Below, piece after piece: positions 25,065 to 38,725 of a stretch of DNA of 64,000 nt (the stretch's first letter is position 1; each line of letters starts with the position of its first letter). The notes under the pieces are model-generated. The model saw only the letters and a list, made by a program, of their open reading frames with translations. It did not search any database and had not been told where the DNA came from. Made by a program: the position numbers and the translations under genes. The stretch is from Octopus sinensis (taxonomy: Eukaryota), in NCBI RefSeq assembly GCF_006345805.1, contig NC_043007.1, positions 14,942,001 through 15,006,000 of the forward strand, given 5' to 3'.

Positions 25065-25745
25065 TTAAACGCAGGTGTTATTAAAATATTTATACTTCCG
25101 ACATATGTTTCGAAGAAAACATTGATATTATTCCGAAGGGAATAGAATGATATAAAACAATGTAATTATCTCGTCAGGGAAAAAAGAGAAACAAAACACA
25201 TCAATAAGCCATTTTAACTGAATGAGATTACCGTGTATATAACGAAGGGGATCGCTAGCAAGTTATTGTTTTAATAACCGTTAATAGATTTAACGTCAAT
25301 GGCAATTTAGAGAAAGAGAAGGAGGAGAACGCAAGAAATTAATATAAAATTAAGAGTGGAGAAATATAGTGCGATAGGTGAATGGGAATAAAGCTTAAAA
25401 ACGTGGAAATAGATATATGTAGTGGAAATGAAATGTAAGAAGACAGTTAAAGGTTGAAATTTATAGATTGGTAGACATTACTTGTAGGAACTAAAGGTAT
25501 GTTTTTGCTAATGTTTGCAACGATAAACGCATTCTTTTAACGTGTTTACAAGAGAATTCTCCAACAACAGAACGAGATATTGTTCTTCGTTACAGAGCGG
25601 ACAAAGAGATTTACCTTTATCATATGGAAAGGATCTAGATAGAATATTCCATTCCAAATCAAACTGTTTATTATGTTCCTTTAGAGAACAAATTAATTTA
25701 CTAAGCCCAGTCTCACTGGGCTTAGTATATAGGATACGGTGATTA
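25065..25745 (-). mobile_element. Penelope-like element 3' end (endonuclease C-terminus, UTR, hammerhead H5)
   Basis: LEWNILSRSFPYDKGKSLCPLCNEEQYLVL...CKH followed by the ribozyme. Confidence 0.7.
25095..25182 (-). ncRNA. Type-I hammerhead with intact core and eroded helix II, at a PLE 3' end (H5)
   Basis: Minus strand: TTTCC-CTGACGA-G...C-GAAAC-ATAT-GTC-GGAAG; distal helix II ACATTG/CAATGT. Confidence 0.75.
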
Positions 25746-25977
25746 ATGATATTGTAGGAAAGTAAAAAGTAATGGGAAAAATAGAATTAATAGTTTTGAT
25801 TGTGTTCGGCTCTATGAATTTAATCTTTTTAAAATGTTTTCGTCAATTGCTTGATACAAGAAAAAAGAAATTGGAAAAATCCTGAGCAAAACAGAAATTC
25901 TAACTGAACAAAAAATATAGAAAGAGAAAGTTGCGTTTATTTCCACCACACAACACTTATCATCACACACACATACA

Positions 25978-26027
<50 letters not shown>

Positions 26028-26486
26028 TATGTGTGTGTGTGTGTGTGTGTTTTAGTTTTTGTTTACTTATACACATCAACAAATGAACTAATTTGAACAA
26101 CTCTGTGTGGTTGTTCAATTTGCTAGAAATAACAGGAAAATCTCTCTCATACTATTCTCTTGTTAGTATTAAGGAAAAGGAAAAAATAGAATTAATATTT
26201 TTGATTTTGATTGGCTCTATGAATTTAATGTTTTAATGCTTTTGTCCATTACTTGTTACAAGAAAAATGAAATTGGAAAAATCCTGGCCAAAACAGAGAA
26301 ATTGTAACTCAACAAAAAATATAGAAAGAGAGAGAGAAAAGGTGGTATTCGAAAGTCGAAAGACGTCTTTTAGCTGAGGTGTGATTTTATAATTAAAACA
26401 AATTCATAATTTAAATTTCGGAACAGAAGACTTAACATGTTATCTGGTGTATGGCTGAATTCAAATGGGTAGAAGACCTAAAACAA

Positions 26487-26542
<56 letters not shown>

Positions 26543-26949
26543 TTGGGACGTCAGTTTTAGTTCAATCATAGAAAGGCATTCAAATACCTATCAGCCACTC
26601 CCTCTCAATCTCTCTCACTTCCTCTCTCCCTTGATCGACACACTCGTCGGATTTAAGTATCTTAATTTTCCCATTAAGGTAGTTTCTGCTTCGTTGGCCC
26701 AGTGGGCATGGGTGTTGAGAAGTAGTAATAAAACAGAAATTACAAAAGATCTAGTTAAGATTTTTTTATTAAGCAACAAAATTTCTTTCAACAATTTCTT
26801 TCTCTTAAGCATGACACCCGCGTCAGGTACGTACAAAAACCAAATTGGTGTATAAATATTATTGATAAATGTCTAAATATATATGTATTATGCTACATGT
26901 ATGCATGAAAACACCTTTGTGAATATGAGGATGTAGTTGCATATATATA

Positions 26950-27343
26950 CTAACAGTATCGCCCGGCGTTGCTCGGGTTTGTAAGGGAAATAACTATAAA
27001 AGCATTTATAGAGAGTTACTTCCCTTATATAAACCGAGCGAAAATGCATTAAAAATGCGGAAAAATTATGGTAAATTTAAAAAAAATTGTAGATTCATCG
27101 TAGACGCGAGTTACTTCCCTTATATAATAGCAAAAAAATGCATTAAAAATGGGAAAAAATGATGATAAAATTTTTTTTAAATCGTAGACTCATCGTAGAC
27201 GCGCGCTAATACCCAGAAGGGCTCGATATGAATCACGACTATAAGATACCCGGTTTTGGTTAAACTGCACCGCAAAATGTGGGAGTAGTTAGGAATCTAA
27301 ATCGTAGGAGACAGACACCCAACTTCACTTTTATATATAAAGA
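26950..27343 (-). mobile_element. Non-autonomous Helitron
   Basis: Same termini as 27916-28311 (3' end CTAG mutated to TTAG). Confidence 0.8.
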
Positions 27344-27915
27344 TTTGAATGGAGGCAATACCAGCGGAAAACTAGAGGAACATGACCTATTATCCAATAG
27401 AATATTCAATATATATATGTACTTTCTTGGACATTAACGAATCAATATAAAGTTCCAGATAATACAGTAGTAAAAACATACAAGTATAAAAACATATGAA
27501 AATTTGATATTTAAAAATACGCAAATATTTAAAAATATATAAAAAGAAGTAGGCATTTAAAAAATATATAAATACATAAAATAGATACATAAATAGATAT
27601 AAACTATAGATATAAGAAACGTCGATTTGATATAAGATAAAAACTCGTAGGTATTTAAAAATATTTAAAAATGCTCATATATATAAATACTGTGTATTTA
27701 TATATATAGAAAACGTCAACATAATATAAAACTTATTGAATTAATAATTCACTCGATAATTATTAATTCACACGATAAGATATAAGGTAATAAAGAATCA
27801 TAAGTTACAACACGGAGTCCGGGGGTAAGTTTGAAATTATACAACATTAAGAGGATATACTAATATACGAAGATAATGTTCCATCGACGGGCCGTTTCGG
27901 AGACGTGCCTGATAA

Positions 27916-28311
27916 TCTTTATATATAAAAGTGAAGTTGTGTGTCTGTCTCCTACGATTTAGATTCCTAACTACTCCCACATTTTGCGGTGCAGTGTAAC
28001 CAAAAGCGGGTATCTTATAGTCGTTATTCATATCGAGCCCTTCTGGGTATTAGCGCGCGTCTACAATGAGTCTACGATTTAAAAAAAAAATTACCATCAT
28101 TTTTTCCCATTTTTAATGCATTTTTTTGCTATTATATAAGGGAAATAACTCTCTAAAAATGTATTATTGAATCTCAGAACGTAAAAATCTACAGTAACAC
28201 CCCCCCTTTGTGGTTAGCCATATTGAGATGGCTATTATACTTTACATCTCTAAAAATGCTTATATAGTTATTTCCCTTACAAACCCGAGTAACGCCGGGC
28301 GATACTGCTAG
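27916..28311 (+). mobile_element. Non-autonomous Helitron
   Basis: A|TCTTTATATATAAAA...CCCGAGTAACGCCGGG-CGATACTGCTAG|T. Confidence 0.85.
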
Positions 28312-28433
28312 TATGACAAATTTAATGTTTTAATGAAACAGACACTTCCCTCATCAGGATGCTTCACAACACGAAAGACACAATGATAGCAACATATAAC
28401 AGAATCACATTAGATAACCAATGCTTAACCTAC

Positions 28434-28649
28434 CTTGCTTATATCCATCATATTCTGGGTGGTACTGCAGCTTAGAATCAAATGGTAAGTACATATCATC
28501 CTTCACAATTTCGTAAACCTCTGTCTTTATAGACTCTTTACCCAGACGTTTAAGGCAGTCGACAGCCACTTCAAGACTCTTGACAGCTATGTAGTTGGTA
28601 TAGATGGAATTATCAACAGGATAATTGTATTCATCAGGGCCCATAACAC
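28434..28649 (-). CDS. PGGHG: PGGHG-like coding exon 8 (general-acid motif GPDEY)
   Basis: TTCAATAG|GT acceptor; GVMGPDEYNYPVDNSIYTN...YHPEYDGY; donor CAAG|GTAGGT. Confidence 0.95.
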
Positions 28650-29491
28650 CTATTGAATAAAGAGAGAACTTGGCAATGAGTTGTTTTATAATGCAGAACA
28701 AATAACATAGCATTTTGCTTGCTAGAGGTTCCTATAAGATAAAAATAGCAGTCAAATTTCTCATTACACACGACAAGCTGGCAGAATCGTTAGCATACCG
28801 GGCAAAATGCTTAGCGGTATTTCGTCCGTCTTTACTTTCTGAGTTCAAATTTGGCCGAGGTCGACTTCGCCTTTTATCCTTTCAGAGTCGATAAATTAAG
28901 TACCAGTGTAATCGACTAGTCCCCTTCCCCAAATTTTCAGGGTCTTGTGCCCAGAGTAGAAATGATATTTAAACAAACAATGGTCATGTCTGCATTGTTT
29001 GGGTTGTCATTGATCGTAACCTACTTTCTCATGCTTCAAAGCAGTGTTTCTCACAAGGGAAGCCATGATTCTCGAAATACAATAAAACAAAATAAATATT
29101 TCGTTTTTGTATCTGGTTTGCAAGATTCTGTATGTGGATTCGTGTGTTGAAACAAATTTTGTTGTGTCTGGAGAGAGTCATACTGCCTTAATATCCAGCA
29201 CCCTCACCGGTTTAGAAATATTAGACCAACCACACTGCTCAAAAACAAAGCTTACCTTAGCAAAATTTGAAATCACATGTTGAGAGCGTAAGTTGATTTA
29301 ATTAACACCAGTATTCAACTGGTACTTATTCTATCGACCCTGAAAAGATGAAAGGCAATGTCGACCTTGGCAGAATTTGAACTCAGAACGTAAAGATGGA
29401 CAAAATGCCGCATTTTCCCCGGCGTTAAGCATTTTGCTTTAGACTATATCAAATATCAAAATTATATTAATCATTATAAAATCCATATTAC

Positions 29492-29701
29492 CTGTTATAA
29501 TGTATTTCATCTGCTTCTTGTCGAGTGCCGCCCTGTGTATCCAAAATTCTGCGATATTTTGAAGCATTTCTGCTCCTCTTTCTTCCTTGAAAAAATCTAG
29601 GTCGTTTGTCATGTACAGATACTGTTGGGCGGCAAAAGCAATGTCTCCTGTCACGTGTTGTTCGTAAAGGGCCACCCAACGCGCGTTGGTTGTTTCCATA
29701 C
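29492..29701 (-). CDS. PGGHG: PGGHG-like coding exon 7
   Basis: TTACAG|GT acceptor; EQHVTGDIAFAAQQY...IAEFW; donor ACAG|GTAATA. Confidence 0.93.
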
Positions 29702-29985
29702 CTGTAATATGGTATATGAGTAGTCTTTTACATAGATGTGAGGGTATGATATTTACAGAGAGAAGAAAACAAGTGAGTTACTCTTTTACTCTTCTACTTG
29801 TTTCAGTCATTTGGCTGTGGCCGTGCTGGAGCGCCGCCTTTAGTCGAACAAATCGACCCTAGGACTTATTCTTTGTGAGCCTAGTACTTATTCTATCGGT
29901 CTCTTCTGCCGAACCGATAAGTTACGGGGACTTAAACACACCAGCATCCTTTGTCAAGCGATGCTAGGGAGACAAACACACACAC

Positions 29986-30066
<81 letters not shown>

Positions 30067-31423
30067 CATATATACGACGGGCTTCTTTCAGCTTCCGTCT
30101 ACCAAATCCACTGACAAGGCTTTGGTCGGCCCGAGGCTATAGCAGAAGACACTTGCCCAAGGTTGTGACTTTTGTATCTCTTTTGTAGATTTTAATTGAC
30201 ATAAGACTAACTTCATTGGACGTTGTACGAGAAGACAAAACCTTAAACTGTTGATGTCAACTGGAAAATGAAGAAAGCCAGGAAAGACAGAGAAGACATT
30301 TTCTTCGTCTTACCCGCAGGTTAGAGAAAAGATCAACCCAATAATATGTTGACCAAAACCTTATGAGTAAACTCACCGATAGAATAAATACTAGGCTTAA
30401 GAAATAAGTCCTGGGGTGGATTTATTCGACTAAAACCCATTCAAGGCGGTGCTCCAGTATGACCGCAGTGAAATAACTGAAACAAGTAAAAGAATAAAAG
30501 AATGGGAGATTAATCCTTGCCTTGCTTGGGCACGTCAGTCCACACTGGACCACCATACTAGACTTACAAGCCAGTCTTGAAGCTTGAATGCCTTTAATAC
30601 TGAATGAAAAACAACACTGGACTACCATAACTAGACCTAGAAGCCAGTCTGGAGGTTTGACGAGCCTTTAATAATGAATGATAAACAACACATTCATACA
30701 TGAATCTGTATATGTATGTCAGTGAACGCGCATGCGCGTTCGTGTTTTACCATTTTTGCTACAGACTTGATCGTACCAAATTATTTTATTAAGAATGTTT
30801 TCTTTTCTTTTATATTTGTTTTGTTTACTTGTTTCAGACATTAGATCCCGGCCATGCTGGGGGTACCGTTTTGAAGAGTTTAGTCGACCAAGTTGATCAC
30901 AATACTAATTTTTTTTTTGGTTTAAATCTGACATTTATTCTCTCGATATTTTTTTGCCGAACTTCTAAGTTACGGGGACATAAACAAACCAACATTGGTT
31001 AACAAACAGTATCAAGCAATGGTGGGGACAAACAAACAAATAAACATGCGCACACACAAACACACAAACACACAAGCACACACGCTTCCCTATAGTTTCC
31101 GTCCACCAACTACACTCACAAGGTATCTATCAGCCCGGAAATTTACAAGACATCTACCCAAGATGCCACGCAGTGGGACTGAACCCGAAACCATGTGGTT
31201 GCAAACCAACGTGAAATGAAATGCTTAGCTCAAGAATACAACGCATAGCCCAGTCGAGGAATCGAAACGACAATCTTACGATCATGAGACCAACATCTTT
31301 ACCGCTAAGCTATTTGTCTCCACTAGACTGTTTGAAATATAGCACAGATGCAAGCTTGTGCAACATTGTGTGTATGTATGCAAGTAAAATCGTGTGAAAA
31401 TAAGCATAAAGTTAACCACAGAC

Positions 31424-31607
31424 CTGTTTGCGCACTTTCCCATGGGTACATAGCTCCTTTGTGACCGTTCATGGCAGCCCTTGCTCGAGCAGCATCTAAA
31501 GTACGGGTTCTGGTCTTCATAAGGACTTTAGCCAAGTCTGCATTGAACATGAGTATTGGAGGGAACATCCATATGTCTTGGTCCCAGAATACATGTCCAC
31601 CATAGTC
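31424..31607 (-). CDS. PGGHG: PGGHG-like coding exon 6 (FWDQD motif)
   Basis: DYGGHVFWDQDIWMFPPILMF...GAMYPWESAQTG is a GH65 signature; acceptor TTGAAAG (weak pyrimidine tract); donor ACAG|GTCTGT. Confidence 0.93.
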
Positions 31608-31690
31608 CTTTCAATATATACAGTGAAATAATAACAGGTTGGGTTGATTCTGATACTCCTGTTCACACACATTTACACACACATTCAATC

Positions 31691-31721
<31 letters not shown>

Positions 31722-31735
31722 TGTATGTATGTATG

Positions 31736-31776
<41 letters not shown>

Positions 31777-31789
31777 TATATAATAATAT

Positions 31790-31829
<40 letters not shown>

Positions 31830-31831
<2 letters not shown>

Positions 31832-32273
31832 ATATATCTCGTAGTGTCTGTGTGCGTGTGTAAAAGATTATAACGGTCGTATTTTCCAACTGATTTTCTC
31901 CAAACTGGGAACATACAAACTGGGAACTTATGGTTTTAAACTCTTAAAATTTTTCACGTAATGAGTAATAGACAGCCCTCGGGACAGAAAATACCCGTTC
32001 CTGGGTTACGTGGAGAAGGGAGGTAACTCTTTGCGAAGTAACTTTCAGAAATTGATTGTCTCCCTTACATTAGTCATTTAAGAAAATAAAAAAAATATTG
32101 CTTTTTATATTAGATTCCCATCTTTGAAAGATTTTAAAAATATTTACTTCCGGCTTTCTGGCGCCAGTGACGTCTATACATCTCTCTATCTCTCTGTGTC
32201 TCTCCATCTATATCTCTCTATCCAATCTTTATCTCTGTATCTATCTATCTCTCTGTAACTATATGTCTATATC

Positions 32274-32323
<50 letters not shown>

Positions 32324-33875
32324 CTTATTTGTCTTACTAGATAGCTCTCTCTCTCTCTCTCCCACTCTCTCTATATCTCACTCTCTATTGTTTTCACTTT
32401 CATTTTTCATATGCTATTGTTTTCACTTTAAATTTTCAATCACTTTTGCAAAAACAACAAATTACTGACAAAAAGAAGTTCACAATTACTGATGAAAGTA
32501 ATTTCATACATAATTTGCTGACAGAAATAGCTTCATAAATTTCACTTCAATCCGTACATTTCGTTAAATTTGCTTACAAATTTCTTATTTACTTTTGCAA
32601 CGTTTTGTATTCTTTTGTTGTTGACACAATTACTGATAAGAGCAAGATCATAATTTACTGACAGAAGTAACTTCAACAATTTCACCTAAATCCGTACACT
32701 TAGTTTATTTCCCCCAAAATTTCTTATTTACTTTGCCAACGGTTTTGTGTTTTTCTGTTGTTAACGACTTTTTTTTTGTTCATTCAATACTGGGTGTTTG
32801 GTTCACTGATAAATTTCATTTCAACCCGTACAATTCATTATTTTCCGTAAAAATTTCATAATTACTTTCTGCCAGTCGTATTAAGAAATACAATTTCCGT
32901 TACTCAGTTATTTTCATTGTTTACTATCTTCTGCACCCATGTATTTCTGTATGCGTAAATAACCATGCCTAGAAGGAATGTGTCAAATTTGTCTACAATG
33001 TCAAGGTCAACCAAAAGAATGTCTTTGTCCAGGGAAAGAGAGACAGCTGCAGAAAAGGAAGCTTATCAAGAAACGAACAGACTGTGCACTTCTAAAGCCA
33101 GTGCATCTCAAAGTGATGAACAGAGGTATGCACGGCTAACAAGGAATAAGATCTCCACTGCAGAACAAAGAGCAGCTGCAATAGCTCAGAGAAGTAACTT
33201 CCATGAAGCAGCTTTCAATTATGATCCAGCAGTTCATTATGCAGATAACACTAGAGTTACTTTTGTGCAATGACAACTGAGTGCATACACTGTAAAGCAA
33301 GGAAGTGGCCTGGAGAGACACCTGCACTGTGCTGCAGTGGTGGAAAGGTTAAACTCTCTGCAATCCCCTAATCTCTGGAGCTGTTGAAGAAACTGTTGTC
33401 ATAAACTGACCAAGATTCTAAGCACTTCCAAAACAAAATTAGGCAATACACCGCTGCACTACAGATGACATCATTTGGAGCCACAAGAGATTTAACTGAG
33501 TCAGGATTCATGCAAACTTTCAAGATCCAAGGTCAGGTTTATCATCGGATTGGCTCTCTACTACTTCTGTCAAATGAACAACCAAAATCAGCCTTTCATT
33601 GTTTATAATCTGTACCTGTTTTTTGGTTACGAAATAAGCGAGACAAAATATGTTCTTGAATTACGTATATTTTCTTTAATAATACATTTATGAGTTGAAA
33701 ACTTTCTTTTAATATTTCACTTAACGTCTATGTTCCATACTGGCATGGGTTGGAGGGTTATTAATGAAGAAAGTTGGTATCTTAGATAATAGCAGTTGAG
33801 ACCTGTGCAATCCAGACGACGTTTTAAAATTTCATTAGTCTCTTTAACCCCGAGCAACGCCGGGTATTTCTGCTT
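31830..33875 (+). mobile_element. Internally deleted Helitron with RepHel N-terminal pseudo-ORF
   Basis: ORF from 32965; after a frameshift at ~33265: CIHCKARKWPGETPALCCSGGKV...QMTSFGA...FKIQGQVYHRIGSLL; 3' hairpin CCCGAGCAACGCCGGG at ~33850; 5' boundary approximate. Confidence 0.8.
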
Positions 33876-34177
33876 ATATATATATATATATATATGTATA
33901 AAATTTAGATAATACATATTATTAGATTAGTGTGTTTAAATGCTGAGTAGAGCACTGGCACAGTTTAGGCTACCTGGTGTCACCCGTAGTTGTGGCACAC
34001 TTCCGCTGGATTTACTTCAGGAATTTTGCAGTGGCAGTTAGGGTAACAGTATTAATTAATACTCCCCCCCCCCCACACACAGAAGTTGTTCATAAATTAT
34101 CTTTATAGCATCTACAGTTTATTGTATTGCCTAGATGCATTGCGTGCAACCAATGGAACCCATGTGGACGTGTTCTG

Positions 34178-34215
<38 letters not shown>

Positions 34216-34633
34216 CAATGGGCTTCTTTCAGTTTCCGTCTATCAAATCCATTCACACAAATTTGGTCAGCCCTTAGGCTATAGGAGAGGATACTTGCTT
34301 AGAGTTTCATGCAATGGAACTGAACCCAGAACCACGTGGTTAAGAAGCAAACTTCTTACTACACAGCTACGCCCTCTATGTATGCGTGTATGTATTGCTG
34401 ATTTCAGTCACTCAACTACGGCCATGCTAGGATATTATCTTCAGGGGATTTAGTCGAACGCATGAACCCCAGAATAAGCTTTGGGACAAACCATAAACAC
34501 AGCCAAGGAAACAGGCACACACATATGCCAAATTTAGAACCAGAAGTGAACTTCTTAACCACAGACGTATGGACATACATTTATACACACACATACGCAC
34601 ACGAAAATATAGAGAGCCAACAAAAATACTTAC

Positions 34634-34863
34634 AACATCTTCAATTATTCCATGTGCCAAACCAGTCGGTGAGAGACCAACGAAATCTGGATCGCCAGAG
34701 GTACCATTTGACGGTAGTGCACTGAGAATGTAATATTGTGCTGCATATGTTATCTGTGCCAAATTATGGTCTCCTCTCACGTCAATGTAACCGTTCTTCC
34801 AAATTTCCAACCAAGCGTTGGCGTGTTCATTCATAAGGACATTTTTCTTGGCCATTTCCATTG
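34634..34863 (-). CDS. PGGHG: PGGHG-like coding exon 5
   Basis: TTTGGCAG|CA acceptor; HANAWLEIW...YYILSALP...GLSPTGLAHG; donor GTT|GTAAGT. Confidence 0.92.
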
Positions 34864-34890
34864 CTGCCAAACAAAATAAAGGAAAATATA

Positions 34891-35324
34891 GGATCTTTTC
34901 GGTTTGAACGGCAGTTTTTTCTAGCGGTGTCATATGAAATTGTCATCCATAACTATGATCCTAGAATCGATCTATTGCATTTCAATCTGTTTTAGAGTTA
35001 GGGTTAGTTAGGGTTAGGGTTAGGGGTGGGGGGAAGGGTATCTTTTTTCTTCAGAAATGTAAATAAACCCAATCTGTTTCTTAAACGAGGGACATATTCA
35101 TACGACACAGAATGTTTTCACCTCAATAGACGTCATTGATTGGTTGAAATTGCAGAAATTGAAATAAAAACAACAACAAATATCTTACAAACTATAGAAT
35201 TTTCTCTATAAAGCTTAGAGAAAAAGATGTTTTATAAACACATTCTACCAGTATACGAAGTTTAAAAGTGTTTAGATACGTGGAAATTATTTAAAAAAAA
35301 CTGCTGTTCAAACCGAAAAGATCC
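34891..35324. mobile_element. Merlin-like MITE, copy 3
   Basis: Same TIRs; 8-bp TSD AAAATATA; 26 nt from the exon 5 acceptor. Confidence 0.85.
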
Positions 35325-36228
35325 AAAATATATTATATGTTTGCCATTTTGATTTAATAAGTAAGATGGTAGAATGTTTATTCATTCAAGATAAAGGCCG
35401 TCGACTTGGACTGATACAACTTGACACCGTTGTCGTCGAAGGAGTTGTTGTCAGGATGCAATAAGCTGGGATAGATTTTGCAAAACATCTCGTCTGATGG
35501 GACCTAATTAGCTGTCTTATGTTGCTGAGATTATATTTAATTCAAAACACTTTACTATTCTTCTAAGCTAACAAAATACCTATTTCTTTACTACCCACAA
35601 GGGGCTAAACACAGAGAGGACAAACAAGGATAGACAAACGGATCAAGTCGATTATATCGACTCCAGTGCATAACTGGTACTTATTTAATCGACCTCGAAA
35701 GGATGAAAGGCAAAGTCGACCTCGGCGGAATTTGAACTCAGAACGTAGCGGCAGACGAAATACCGCTAGGCATTTCGCCCGGCGTGCTAACGTTTCTGCC
35801 AGCTCGCCGCCTTTAAGTGTGTAATTTGTCTGTAGAGCTAACGATTCCACCAGCTAGTCGCCCTGATACTGAAAATATAATGAGGTGAATTCGTCTGCCT
35901 TCGAAACGAGATACACTTACATAATTCTTGATATTCCCTCGATGAAGGACCAAAGGCAACAACTTAATGCATTTAATGCATTGACTGAAAAGAGGAAGAT
36001 TTTTTTGAATAACAAAACAAAGAAAGAAAATGCAGAGATTCGGTTATTTGCAACAGGATCATGTCTAGAAAAATTGAAATTAAATTAAGAAGAAAAAGTG
36101 ACGACCAAGAAGAAAATTGCTTAATGTTAACTAAGGGCAGCTTATTGTGAACTTCTAGGAGAACTGAAACAAATATTAGTGTTTCAACGGGAAAATTATT
36201 ATAGAAAAAAAGTGAAATCCTCACGAAC

Positions 36229-36407
36229 CTTTTTCATATGCATCGATAACTTGGTCTTTCTGGGTTCCTAACGCCGTGAGAAAATAAAAAGTTTTCTTTT
36301 TGTCGTTGGACAGGACTAGCTTAGACGGAACATTAGTGTAAAGCATGTGAACTGACTTTTCTTTAGCATCATATTCTTCACTGTCAATGTTCTCACCATG
36401 GAAGTAT
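36229..36407 (-). CDS. PGGHG: PGGHG-like coding exon 4
   Basis: TTTTTTAG|A acceptor; YFHGENIDSEE...FYFLTALG; donor AAAG|GTTCGT; phases consistent. Confidence 0.8.
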
Positions 36408-36552
36408 CTAAAAAAAAATTGTAATGATAATAATAATAACAACAACAACAACAACAACAACAATAATAATCCTTTTTACTGAAATTTCCCCTAAGCATTT
36501 TGTCTGGCGAGCTAACGATTTTGTCAGCTTGCCACCTTAATAATAAAAAAGA

Positions 36553-36677
<125 letters not shown>

Positions 36678-36934
36678 GTTTCAAATTTTGCCCCACTTTA
36701 CATTGAGCCCAGTATTTCACTGTTTCTTAATTTATCGACCCCCCCCCCACCAAGAGGATTAAAAGTATTTTAGTTACCGAGGTAACTAAAATACTTCTTG
36801 AGTGCTCTACCAACAAAGATATGAAATTAGAAAAACTTATAAAGAAATTTATGCATCATATGTGTGATCAAATGCTGAATATCAACCCAACTGTAACAAA
36901 TACTGGATGTATGCATGAACACATATTTCTACAG

Positions 36935-37023
<89 letters not shown>

Positions 37024-37771
37024 TATATATACGAAAGGCTTCTTCAGTTTCCTTCCTTCTGCCTACCAAGTGTGTATATATATATTATATATAGATGTGT
37101 GTTGTGTGTGCGTGTGTGTGTGTGTGGTGTGTGTGTGTGTGTGTGTGTGTGGTGTTGTGTGTGTGTTTGTGTCGTGTTTGTCCCCCCCCCCCATCACTTG
37201 ACAACCGATGCTGGTGTGCTTACGTGCTTGTAAAAATGGAAATTTTACCGGTGAGTGTGTTAAATTATAAGGCACAAAAAGAAAATGACTCTCCCCTGAC
37301 AGTATAATAGATGCTTCAACACACGAACTCACATAAAGAATCTTGCAAACCAAATCCCAAACGATATATATATATATATATATATCATATATTAATAAAT
37401 AAAACATATGCATATATATATACATATATGTACGTACCTACCTCTACATGTATATATACACGCATATATGAGTACAGTACACCAAATAAACGTCGAACAC
37501 AATGAAAAACGAAAACATAGACACAAACCCAAGGAACTGGACATTTTTCTTAAACATCAAAAAAAAAAAAGAGTACAGGACAAATAACACAAGGTAAAAA
37601 CCCCTTCTTCAGTCGCCATGGTTTCATCTACTCTACGTTTCGAAGGTGAAGGCGAGACGTATCTTCGATAGAAACTTTCGTTCCTGCGAAAAGCAAATCA
37701 AATAAAATTTGACGTCTTTTTGCAGAGGGGTAAAAATGGTAACAAAAACAGGACAGTAACGACAGTACAAA

Positions 37772-37804
<33 letters not shown>

Positions 37805-37867
37805 TGTATGTATGTATATTTAAGGGGATAATAAAAGAGTTTAGATAGGCACAAAATGAATAATTAC

Positions 37868-38090
37868 TTGACATTCTCTAGACCTGGTACGTTATGGGTC
37901 TCCTTCACAGATTTAAGATCATCGCTGGAAGTGTAGTTGAAATCTAAGTTTACTTCGAAGTCTTTGTTAGAATTTCCAGTTCGTTCAAGGGTTATTTCAA
38001 CAACAAGAACTTCTTTTAGTTGTCGGTGGGCATAAATTGTTTCGACACAACTCCCCAAATTTTCCACAAAGCTTACGTGCGTAAACAAAC
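37868..38090 (-). CDS. PGGHG: PGGHG-like coding exon 3
   Basis: TTACAG|GT acceptor; IYAHRQLKEVLVVEI; donor AA|GTAATT; phases consistent on both sides. Confidence 0.85.
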
Positions 38091-38378
38091 CTGTAATATT
38101 TAAACAAAAGAAATAAAATAGTTAAACAGAGAACATTATAATACAGTCGCTGTTCTTGTTATTGTTGTTGTTGTTGTTGTTGTTGCTAATGTTATTATGT
38201 TATTATTTAATTACATTTAAGATGGACGAGCTGGCAGAATCGTTAGAACGCCGGTTATGTGCTTGGCAGCTATTTTGTCTATCGTTACGTTCTGAGTTCA
38301 AATTCCACTGACAGACACGTCTATATGTATGTATGCTTGTTTATCAACAGATATAGATATCACAAAAACATATACTGA

Positions 38379-38392
38379 GTGACACACACACA

Positions 38393-38433
<41 letters not shown>

Positions 38434-38693
38434 CACACACACACACACACACACATATTGTGGTTTTATGTTCAACAACGATTGTTGCTCGTAGAAGGAT
38501 CAAACTATCACACACACACACACTCACACGCACACACACTCACACACACACACATATTGTGGATTTATGTTCAACAACGATTGTTGCTCGTAGAAGGATC
38601 AAACTATCACACACACACACACACTCACACACACACACACATATTGTGGATTTATGTTCAACAACGATTGTTGCTCGTAGAAGGATCAAACTA

Positions 38694-38725
<32 letters not shown>

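Noticed and set aside
37600-37680. Possible hammerhead or permuted hammerhead on the minus strand (GAAACGTA...CTGAAGA)
   Set aside because: Helices do not pair convincingly in either topology
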